From a virus (lineage: Duplodnaviria > Caudoviricetes): a DNA stretch of 64,000 bases. The DNA is taken from the IMG/VR virus record IMGVR_UViG_3300017914_002346; one strand, written 5' to 3'. This document shows positions 27,432 through 35,535 of this stretch, in pieces (position 1 is the first letter of the stretch; the number at the start of each line of letters is the position of its first letter). Made by a program: the position numbers and the translations under genes. Under the pieces are notes generated by a model. The model searched no databases and was not told the origin of the DNA. It saw nothing but the letters and a program-made list of their open reading frames with translations.

Positions 27432-28139
27432 TTAATTTAATGTATTAGCAATTGATCTAGATCTACCTTTAACTCTACGTTTGGTAATCTTTGTCTTAAT
27501 TGCTGCTTTCTTCTTTGCACCTTTACCCATTGCTTTTTTAGCTCTCTTGAGCTTAATACCAACGCGGCGCATCTTTGCTTTTTGTGTTCCAGTTTGAGGT
27601 AAACATCTATTGCCTGCTAATCTCATTCCTGGACCGCAGATCTTTTTCTTTTTAATCTCACCCTTAGCTCTTTTAAAGATAACTTTTGCTCTTTGAGCTT
27701 TACCTTTATACTTCTTACCACCTGGAGGATTTTTTTCTGCTTCTTCTAATTCTTCTTCTGTATCTTCAATGATTTCCATTTCATAGTCTTCAGCAAACAA
27801 CATCTCTTTAAGTGCTAACATACTGTTTACTGAAGGATCTACTTCATTAAGATCAAACTCAAATACTAAGTCCATTACTGAACCGTCTTGATTAGGAGCA
27901 AAGTCAAACACTTCTTGAACTTCATAATGGTTTTCAATAAGTTCGATATCTAAATCCAACTCACCATCGAACTCAACAGTTTCTTCAAACTGTTCAATTT
28001 CAACTTCTTGTCTCATCTCATCTAATTCACTCTCAGTAAATAAGAAATGAGTGTTATGAGAAACTCCGTTGAGCATCTGTTTCTTTAACTCTTCTCTAAA
28101 AGTCTGAGTCTGATATTTTTTCCATTCAAGAAGATTCAT
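27432..28139 (-). CDS. gp68: Prohead core protein (gp68-like)
   Basis: Acidic N-terminal half and very basic C-terminus with C.PG.R..GNRC motif; position before gp21; start uncertain (28139-28148). Confidence 0.65.
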   Translation of the reverse strand: MNLLEWKKYQTQTFREELKKQMLNGVSHNTHFLFTESELDEMRQEVEIEQFEETVEFDGELDLDIELIENHYEVQEVFDFAPNQDGSVMDLVFEFDLNEVDPSVNSMLALKEMLFAEDYEMEIIEDTEEELEEAEKNPPGGKKYKGKAQRAKVIFKRAKGEIKKKKICGPGMRLAGNRCLPQTGTQKAKMRRVGIKLKRAKKAMGKGAKKKAAIKTKITKRRVKGRSRSIANTLN

Positions 28140-28290
28140 TTTCATCACTCTTTAAATAATCTTTGGCCATTTCTTTTTTGATTCCATCTAATCTAGTTAA
28201 CACTCTAGTTGTGATTTCATCTTTAAATGACTTGGTAAAATCCTTCTCTGACTCTTCATTTGAGTTTAAATAATCATAAAAGTCTATCAT
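28126..28290 (-). CDS. gp67: Prohead core protein (gp67-like), 54 aa, not in the ORF track
   Basis: MIDFYDYLNSNEESEKDFTKSFKDEITTRVLTRLDGIKKEMAKDYLKSDENESS; late promoter directly upstream; canonical position before gp68. Confidence 0.7.
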   Translation of the reverse strand: MIDFYDYLNSNEESEKDFTKSFKDEITTRVLTRLDGIKKEMAKDYLKSDENESS

Positions 28291-28294
28291 AATT

Positions 28295-28302
28295 TATTTA
28301 TT
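28295..28302 (-). promoter_or_regulatory. T4-type late promoter
   Basis: AATAAATA 4 nt before the ATG at 28290. Confidence 0.6.
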
Positions 28303-28307
28303 CCTTT

Positions 28308-29792
28308 TTAACCCCAGAGAATAGAGTCCATCTCAAGAGTTGAGTTCTTCAACTCCTCTTCAAGCTCTTGTTTCTCTGCATTCGCTTCATCCCAAAGTCC
28401 TTGACCATCGAGTTGTACACCACCAGGAAGTTCAGTATTTTGATATTTCTTTAAATTAGAACCCCACTGTTGCTTTGCTAACACCGTAGCATATCTTTTT
28501 AACCATGTGTTTTTATAAACCTCACCTGTTAGTTCTGGATCTGCTTGTTCATATACTTCACATAAAAGATAAAAATCTCCTCTACTTTTACCTGTCTTAA
28601 TTCTATTCCAATCTACGTCTAAATATAATCTACTTCTATATTGATTAAATCTTATTGCAGGAGCTGTGTTTAATAAAAAGTCAATATGTTCTACATTTAA
28701 CTTTTGTGTGTAGTAGTTTGATAAACCAGTACCTACAGCATTACCATAGAACATATCAAAGTTATTAAGGAAGTACTGATATTCAAAATTGTACATACCT
28801 GCATGAGTGAAAGAATCTACTTTAGCAACCTTAGTAACAGATACAATACTATCTGGAACTTTAATACCAATCTGTCCTGTAGATGTAACTGTAATGTTTT
28901 CATCTTCTAATACTTTTAATTCTTCTTTAAAGTATTTGCTAAAGCCATTATGAGCTGTTCGTTTACCAAATCTTCTAGGTCTTGTAGATGTAGGGCTAAA
29001 ACGTTGACTTCTTAGAACATCTCTTTGTGTATATCTAGTAGCTCTTTCTATAATTACCAATTTAAATCTTTGATCTGAATCTGTATCTAAATCACTATCA
29101 AACAATCTAAAAGTAGTACCATCGGAATCTTGTACGTATGCACCAACTTCGTCACTATCATATCTATTAGAGTAATCTAAATCTGAGTCAAGTAGTCTAT
29201 AAGTAACACCGTCAGAGTCTAAAATATATGCTCCGCTATTATCAGAATCATATACTTGGTAATAATCTAAATCAGAATCAATAGCTCTAAATTCAGAACC
29301 ATCAGAATCTAAAATATGAGAACCGTATTGTTCAGAGTCATAAAATTTAGCTGTTTCAGAAATGTCTAAATCACTATCAAATACTCTTATATTACCATCT
29401 GAATCTCTTACAAAGGCACCATTAGTATCTGAATCATAAAAGATATTAGTTGACTCTGAATCAGTCTTAATAAAGATTCTATTTCCTCTAGTATTATCAA
29501 CTTTAACCATAACTCTATCACCAATGCGATAGTCGTTTAGCTTATCTGAGTCAAATTTTTCTGCTGTAAGATCTTGGTGAATTCTATTATTACGGTTAAG
29601 TAAATTTGAATCTACTTTAATTGTTCTCCAAGATCTAGTTACACCATCATAGTGATAGTTGTAAAAGAATTGCACGGCTTCGTCAATACAATCTTCCAAT
29701 TGTACATCAGCGATTTCTACGTTAATGACTGGCGCGCCTAGTCTACGTAAAACCCAATCTGCTAACTCTTGTTTAGTCGCTGGTAATGGCAT
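28308..29792 (-). CDS. gp13: Neck protein with internal DSD-repeat insertion
   Basis: L.DW.LRRLGAPVINVEI...QLEDCIDEAVQFF..YHYDG and WLKRYAT.L.KQQWG.NL.KY....LPGGV.LDG ends. Confidence 0.9.
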   Translation of the reverse strand: MPLPATKQELADWVLRRLGAPVINVEIADVQLEDCIDEAVQFFYNYHYDGVTRSWRTIKVDSNLLNRNNRIHQDLTAEKFDSDKLNDYRIGDRVMVKVDNTRGNRIFIKTDSESTNIFYDSDTNGAFVRDSDGNIRVFDSDLDISETAKFYDSEQYGSHILDSDGSEFRAIDSDLDYYQVYDSDNSGAYILDSDGVTYRLLDSDLDYSNRYDSDEVGAYVQDSDGTTFRLFDSDLDTDSDQRFKLVIIERATRYTQRDVLRSQRFSPTSTRPRRFGKRTAHNGFSKYFKEELKVLEDENITVTSTGQIGIKVPDSIVSVTKVAKVDSFTHAGMYNFEYQYFLNNFDMFYGNAVGTGLSNYYTQKLNVEHIDFLLNTAPAIRFNQYRSRLYLDVDWNRIKTGKSRGDFYLLCEVYEQADPELTGEVYKNTWLKRYATVLAKQQWGSNLKKYQNTELPGGVQLDGQGLWDEANAEKQELEEELKNSTLEMDSILWG

Positions 29793-31371
29793 CGTGCTCT
29801 ACTATTTCCGTTTCAGTATTTATTGTAAGAACATCTTTCTCTCCTGATAGAGTAACATCTCTAACTTGTACACTTTCAAAACCAAAAGGTTCTGGTGGCA
29901 TATCAGGATCTTTAATTTGTTCTTTTTCCATCTCGTTCATAATCTCTGTATCAATACGTGCAATATCTTCTTCTGTATGACCAAGAATAACTTTGCGTAC
30001 ATATTCGATAGAGAAATATTTACCTACATATTCATTAGCATCTCTAAGTACTGCTAACTGATCGTTAAGTAATTCTACCTGCTTAAGTTTATCAAAGTGC
30101 ATATCTTTGAGATAGTCATAACTGATATACTGTCTCATTTCTTCGAACTCAGCTTGAGTACAAACACCTTTAAGTACTAACTGAACTCTTAACACTTCGT
30201 TAAACAATTCAGCAAACTGTTTTCTAATACGTTTAATAAACTTACTAAATTTTATTTCATCTCTTGAGATGTCTGATGCTCTTCCGAGTTGAAAGTTGTT
30301 GTCTTGGTTGATTCTTGAGATTGGGACATTGAGCGATTGATATAATTTCTCCTTGAAGTAATTGACATCGTCAAGATCTCCAAGATTTTGTCCTCCAGGG
30401 AGTGTACTAATCTCCGTACCTCTTGACCCTTCTCTTCTAGGGAGCCAGAAGTCCTCCAACAACGACATAAATTTTCTCGAATCACGAATCTCTCCTGTAT
30501 TTGGATTGTAGTCAATTTTATTTCTATAACGATTCATCATATCTCTAAGATAAGTCTCAGCTTTAATCTTAGGTAATGAACCCACATCAACATAAAAAAT
30601 TCTTCTTTCAGGTGCTCTAGCAATACGATAAACAATAAGAGCATCTTCCATAGAACGAAGATTGTTAAAAGGTTTAATTGCTTTGTCTAAGTAACCAACA
30701 ATACTACCTTTATTTCTATCTACCAATCCTGATGGACAAAAGATAACAGAGTCTTTGGATAACTTTACACCATTATTACCACCATCAGGAGAATATTCAA
30801 AGTACTCATCTACTTTAACTAATACAGGAACACCTGTTCTAGGGTCTTTATCATATTTAGGTTTAACATGTCTTTTAATCTTAAGAGCGTCGATAGGTCT
30901 TAATTCTTTAATACCATTCTTAAGATTTTCTTGATCTACAATAACTTGGTAGTGTAGTCTACTATCTACATACCATTGTCTAAAGATGTCATATGAACGT
31001 CTTTGAAACTTAAGAAGATGAAGAGTTGTCTTAAACTCTTCTCTAATTATTTCTTTAATTCTATCATCAATGTTAAGAAGATCTAATCTAATAGATACTG
31101 AAGGTCTTTCATGTTCTGTAGTGAAAGCTTCGTTTACAATATCATCAATAGCAGCATCAGCTTCTGGATAGAAAGAAATGTCTCTATACTGAGCAATTAA
31201 TGCATGTTCGCTTCTTGCTTTACTATATTGTTCGTAAGTATAACCAATCCTACCACCAACAGGTAAGTCAGTACCATCATCCATTGGTTTAGGAACGGGT
31301 GATGGTACTGGTTGATCATTCTTGTTTTGAACTAATTCGAACCCGAATAGTTCTTCTTTCTGTAAAGCCAT
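29773..31371 (-). CDS. gp20: Portal vertex protein
   Basis: ELFGF, YR.....PE.D.AIDDIVNEA, YLDKAIKP.N.LR.MEDALIVYRIARAPERRIFYVDVG, EDFWLPRREG.RGTEI.TLPGG. Confidence 0.97.
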   Translation of the reverse strand: MALQKEELFGFELVQNKNDQPVPSPVPKPMDDGTDLPVGGRIGYTYEQYSKARSEHALIAQYRDISFYPEADAAIDDIVNEAFTTEHERPSVSIRLDLLNIDDRIKEIIREEFKTTLHLLKFQRRSYDIFRQWYVDSRLHYQVIVDQENLKNGIKELRPIDALKIKRHVKPKYDKDPRTGVPVLVKVDEYFEYSPDGGNNGVKLSKDSVIFCPSGLVDRNKGSIVGYLDKAIKPFNNLRSMEDALIVYRIARAPERRIFYVDVGSLPKIKAETYLRDMMNRYRNKIDYNPNTGEIRDSRKFMSLLEDFWLPRREGSRGTEISTLPGGQNLGDLDDVNYFKEKLYQSLNVPISRINQDNNFQLGRASDISRDEIKFSKFIKRIRKQFAELFNEVLRVQLVLKGVCTQAEFEEMRQYISYDYLKDMHFDKLKQVELLNDQLAVLRDANEYVGKYFSIEYVRKVILGHTEEDIARIDTEIMNEMEKEQIKDPDMPPEPFGFESVQVRDVTLSGEKDVLTINTETEIVEHDAITSD

Positions 31372-31398
31372 AAGGACTCCTCATTATAAAATGAAGAG

Positions 31399-32025
31399 TT
31401 AGCCAGTTACTGGCTGTTCAGCGACATCAGCTGTAGTTCTAGCTGAAGTAGGAACTGAAGTTGTATTTGATTCCCACCACTGATATGCAAAAGTAACTGC
31501 AAACTCTTCGATTGTATCTGCACTGTCGTAAGAAACATCAATTGTATCTACAACAGTAGGCCACGCACCTACAATAACATATCTCTTAATCACTGCACCT
31601 GTTCTACTTAGTTGTTCAATTTCTAAGTTAGCAACATATGAGTCAAATGAAGCGGCATCAACACCTCTTCCAGATACGTTTGTAGCTGCGCCGTTAATCG
31701 CATCTTGCCATCTTTCGAAAGCATTTCTTACAGCAAAGTTATTGTCATTAACTACACTTACTGTCCAAGCATCGTAAACAGTATCACCTGATACTTTTAA
31801 TTGTCTACCTCTAAATGGTACAATAATTTCACCAATAGATCTAGCTGGCATTGCTGCAGTTTTAATCATAAAAGAGCTCAATGCTTCTGTCTCACCGGAA
31901 CCGAAAGCTGTATTAGCTAGACCTTCAATGTTCCCGTTTGGCCAGTTACAGTTTACTCTAAATAGATTGGCTCTTGCACCGCCGCCAGTTAAAGCTGTTT
32001 TAAAATCGTCAATACGTACTGTCAT
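31399..32025 (-). CDS. gp19: Tail tube protein
   Basis: GGGARANLF, VPFRGRQLK..GD, W...V.ND..F.VRNAFERW, IEEF.VTFAYQWW. Confidence 0.95.
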   Translation of the reverse strand: MTVRIDDFKTALTGGGARANLFRVNCNWPNGNIEGLANTAFGSGETEALSSFMIKTAAMPARSIGEIIVPFRGRQLKVSGDTVYDAWTVSVVNDNNFAVRNAFERWQDAINGAATNVSGRGVDAASFDSYVANLEIEQLSRTGAVIKRYVIVGAWPTVVDTIDVSYDSADTIEEFAVTFAYQWWESNTTSVPTSARTTADVAEQPVTG

Positions 32026-32026
32026 C

Positions 32027-34132
32027 TTAAGCTCCTGCTACCTCACTAAATGATACTCCAGTTCTCACAGCAACAAAGTTCAGTGTAATGAAGTTAATTG
32101 AGCGAGCTGGCTTCAGGTAGATATCAGCTACGAATTGATTAGAGTCGATAACCTGACCTGTGTTATTAGATGTATCACAAACAACCTTAAAGTCAGTTAA
32201 ACCTCTTCTTGCTTGTACTTCAGCAAGAAATGGCTCAATAGCATTAACGAATGTTCTTCTTGTCAAGTCATCGTTAAACTCGAACAATTGGAACTTAGCA
32301 GCTGTTGCAATTGCTTTTTCAAGAACAATGAACAATCTACGTACGTTAATTCTATCAAACGCAGAAGGCCTAGACAATGCTGTCTTATCACCGTATAACA
32401 GAGTACCCTGACCTCTAAAGGTTACGATAGGGTTAATTCTGTTAGGATAGAGCTGATCTCTATCTGTTTGATTTGGATTGAATGATAATTTAACAACGTT
32501 CTGGATAAACCCTCTGTTTAAACCAGCAGGTGAATACCAAGCTTCGTTAGTAAATTCTGTTCTTGCTGTTAAACCTGCTGTATCAGGGTTAATTGGCATC
32601 CAGAAATACTCGTCGTTATATCTATCATACTGTCTCTTCCAGCTTGAATCGAATACAGCATATGAAGTAGAGTTAATGTCTGAGAAATAGTCAATAACTT
32701 TAGTTGCTGTTGGATTGTTTACAGCTGCAGAATAGCTAGGTGATAAGAACGCTATAGCATCTTTCCTTTTCTCTGCAATTGTTATAACATGTTTTTGTAC
32801 TGTTTTCGATCTTTCACCAGTAATAAGTAGATTTACATCAATAACCTGATCATCGTTTAATAGGTCATAAGCAGTTGTATAGTTACCATCAGTAATAGAT
32901 GAACCATCATTACCACCACCTAATGTATATCTTCTTAAACCAGTTAAGCTTACATTTGTTAACAAATACTTAAATCTATTTGATGTAGCTAAGTTTGTTA
33001 ATGTATCACCAATTGAACTTAAAGCAGTACCACCTGAACCATCAGAGTCAATAGTAGATGATTGTGCTTTGGTTTCTTCATTAAGAAGATAAACCCAATT
33101 AGAAGCATCATTAACTGCATCTACATAGAAGTTACCTGCACCGTCTGCTGTTTTACTATTTTTAGCTTTAGATAAGTATGCATATGTTTCTAATGTTTCA
33201 TTTGCTGTACCGGTAATCTTTGTATCTGTAGTATAGATAACAACATGAACTTCATCGAATAATGTGTTCGTGTAATTACCCGCCCATGTTGATGTACCTG
33301 GTCTTGTATCGAACAAATCAGCGCCTGTAGTGTTACCATATAGCTTATAATTCTTAAAGTCAGAATCGTTTATAGAAGCATCCATGATATAGATACCAAT
33401 ACTATTTCCTAACTCACCAGGGAATCTAGCATATACTGAACCGTTAACAAGTGTTGATTTTTCTACTTCAAAGTCATCAAAGTTATTAATTTGAGCTGAA
33501 GTAATTCTAGTTGTTGTACTTGCACTTGTATTTGACAAGAATGTAAATGTTACGCCGTTTACTGTCTGTGCAGCTGGTAAGGTAATACCTGTTGCAGAAT
33601 ATTTTAATGTGGGGTCTACAATACCTGCAATACCATCTGAGTCAGCAGTAACTGATGAGAAACCATCACTATCCATTGCTTCTCTCATTGCATCAAGTAC
33701 TGAATCTAATGTTAATGCATCAGCACTAAATGAAACTTCTGTTGTTCCGTCTACCTTTACATCAAATCCTGATGCAGAAGGTGTACCTGATAATACAACT
33801 GAAATTGTTGAAGAAGAACCAACAACCGGCTCTGATGCACTATTTCTTGCACCATCAGAGATTGCTCTAACTACTTGTAATTGATTTGCATAACCAAGGA
33901 AGTTAGCTGCTGCGTACCAATCATCTCTTGTACTTGAGGCCGCGTTTGTTGAAACTTTTGGGTATCCAAATTTAGCGAGAAGATCTTTCTCTGAAGATAC
34001 CGTTGTTACTTCTAACGCTGGACCCCATTCGAAAATACCAGCAAAGCCACCAATAGACGTTGCTACTGCTGGAATAATGTTGGTAAGATCTTTCTCTACG
34101 ATTTGTACACCTGGACTAACTAAAAATGCCAT
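32027..34132 (-). CDS. gp18: Tail sheath protein
   Basis: SPGVQIVEKDLT, F.WGP, AANFL.Y, W.SPAGLNRG, LYGDKT, FDRINVRRLF, FVADIYLKPARSINFITLNFVA. Confidence 0.97.
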   Translation of the reverse strand: MAFLVSPGVQIVEKDLTNIIPAVATSIGGFAGIFEWGPALEVTTVSSEKDLLAKFGYPKVSTNAASSTRDDWYAAANFLGYANQLQVVRAISDGARNSASEPVVGSSSTISVVLSGTPSASGFDVKVDGTTEVSFSADALTLDSVLDAMREAMDSDGFSSVTADSDGIAGIVDPTLKYSATGITLPAAQTVNGVTFTFLSNTSASTTTRITSAQINNFDDFEVEKSTLVNGSVYARFPGELGNSIGIYIMDASINDSDFKNYKLYGNTTGADLFDTRPGTSTWAGNYTNTLFDEVHVVIYTTDTKITGTANETLETYAYLSKAKNSKTADGAGNFYVDAVNDASNWVYLLNEETKAQSSTIDSDGSGGTALSSIGDTLTNLATSNRFKYLLTNVSLTGLRRYTLGGGNDGSSITDGNYTTAYDLLNDDQVIDVNLLITGERSKTVQKHVITIAEKRKDAIAFLSPSYSAAVNNPTATKVIDYFSDINSTSYAVFDSSWKRQYDRYNDEYFWMPINPDTAGLTARTEFTNEAWYSPAGLNRGFIQNVVKLSFNPNQTDRDQLYPNRINPIVTFRGQGTLLYGDKTALSRPSAFDRINVRRLFIVLEKAIATAAKFQLFEFNDDLTRRTFVNAIEPFLAEVQARRGLTDFKVVCDTSNNTGQVIDSNQFVADIYLKPARSINFITLNFVAVRTGVSFSEVAGA

Positions 34133-34159
34133 TGTGAACTCCTGTATAAACTCTTTCTT

Positions 34160-34167
34160 TATTTATT
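34160..34167 (-). promoter_or_regulatory. T4-type late promoter
   Basis: AATAAATA upstream of the gp18 AGGAG RBS. Confidence 0.55.
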
Positions 34168-34172
34168 TTTTC

Positions 34173-35495
34173 CTAAACCCTTCTGATGATGAAGCTACCA
34201 GCATCAAAGGTCTCTATAACTTCCGCATTAAATGTCATATCTGTAAAGTCATCTTTAAATCTAAAATGTATTGAATCATCAGATGCTAATCCTGAATCTA
34301 AATCAATATACATCTTATCAATATATTGCATTGCAAGTGAGTTGCTGTTTACTGAATATATAATAAATCTTATTACGTTTTCAAATGCTGTGCCTTCAGC
34401 AACAACAAACTCTTGACTTACAATTTCTCCGCCACCTAAACCACTAATAGCCCACTTAAATGTAGTTTCTTCTGATAAAGTAGCACCTGTCTGTACATAA
34501 TCTACTGCAATAATATCTGAATCAGATGTAACAACTGCAGCAGGCGGGTTAATAGTATTTGATGAACCTACTCCTAATAATTTTTCTAGTGCTGCAATTC
34601 TTGTTAAATGTGAATCAGTTTCTTTTGTAATTGAAGTGTGTAGTGAATCACTATCTAAGTCAGATCCACCTATTCTGTTTAGATTAATAGTTCTAACAAT
34701 TCTATCTGAATCAAAGTGATCTGAATCTTCTAGTCTAGTTAATCTAGTTCTAATAATTGTAATTCTGTCTCTTGTATAACCTTCTTCTGAATCAAAGTCA
34801 TCTTCAACTACATTTAATCTTCCGCTAATATGTTGTAGTTTCTCTTCATCAGAATCTAGTCTTCTGTAAATATCTGTTAAATCAAGATTTTCAGAATCAA
34901 TATCAGATCTCAAAGCTCTAACTTCTAATGATTCTGAATCCATATCAGATCTAAGTTTTGCTATATCTTCTTCGTTCTGAGTAACTTTTTCTAATAATCT
35001 TCCATCACTATCTAAAGTAGATACAATATTTCTAATTCTTTCTGCATCTGAATCTGCATTACGTTTAAGATGCTCAATAGCAATCATATCACTATCAAGA
35101 CGTCTAATAATATCTAACAATTCTGTCTGATCAGAATCAAGTAAGGTTTGTAATTCGTCTATTCTCTTTTGTAAATGTTGAATGACAGTAGAGTCGGAAT
35201 CTCTATCTGACATTAATTGATCTACATCATTTCTAAGAGTTGAAACTACTGCTAAATCAGAATCAGTAAAGAGACTATTCTCTCTAACCATACTTCTAAT
35301 TTGATCAGAATCAAATCCTGAACCTCCACTTCCAGCAGAATGTTCATTAATAAGATCAACAATGTAATCCGAGTCTATATTGACTCGAAATACACCTTCG
35401 TAATCACTATTCTCATTATAATCAACAATGATTCCAGGGCCGGCTTCGACCCTGACCATCATGGGATAAAAATCTGAATCAAAATTGTAAGCCAT
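34173..35495 (-). CDS. Coiled-coil virion protein rich in DSD motifs (fibritin/whisker-like)
   Basis: Heptad repeats with about 14 DSD and 3 DSE; late promoter upstream. Confidence 0.6.
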   Translation of the reverse strand: MAYNFDSDFYPMMVRVEAGPGIIVDYNENSDYEGVFRVNIDSDYIVDLINEHSAGSGGSGFDSDQIRSMVRENSLFTDSDLAVVSTLRNDVDQLMSDRDSDSTVIQHLQKRIDELQTLLDSDQTELLDIIRRLDSDMIAIEHLKRNADSDAERIRNIVSTLDSDGRLLEKVTQNEEDIAKLRSDMDSESLEVRALRSDIDSENLDLTDIYRRLDSDEEKLQHISGRLNVVEDDFDSEEGYTRDRITIIRTRLTRLEDSDHFDSDRIVRTINLNRIGGSDLDSDSLHTSITKETDSHLTRIAALEKLLGVGSSNTINPPAAVVTSDSDIIAVDYVQTGATLSEETTFKWAISGLGGGEIVSQEFVVAEGTAFENVIRFIIYSVNSNSLAMQYIDKMYIDLDSGLASDDSIHFRFKDDFTDMTFNAEVIETFDAGSFIIRRV

Positions 35496-35516
35496 ATATA
35501 CTACTCAACTTTAATA

Positions 35517-35524
35517 TATTTATA
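35517..35524 (-). promoter_or_regulatory. T4-type late promoter
   Basis: Perfect TATAAATA. Confidence 0.7.
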
Positions 35525-35535
35525 TAAAGTTGAGA

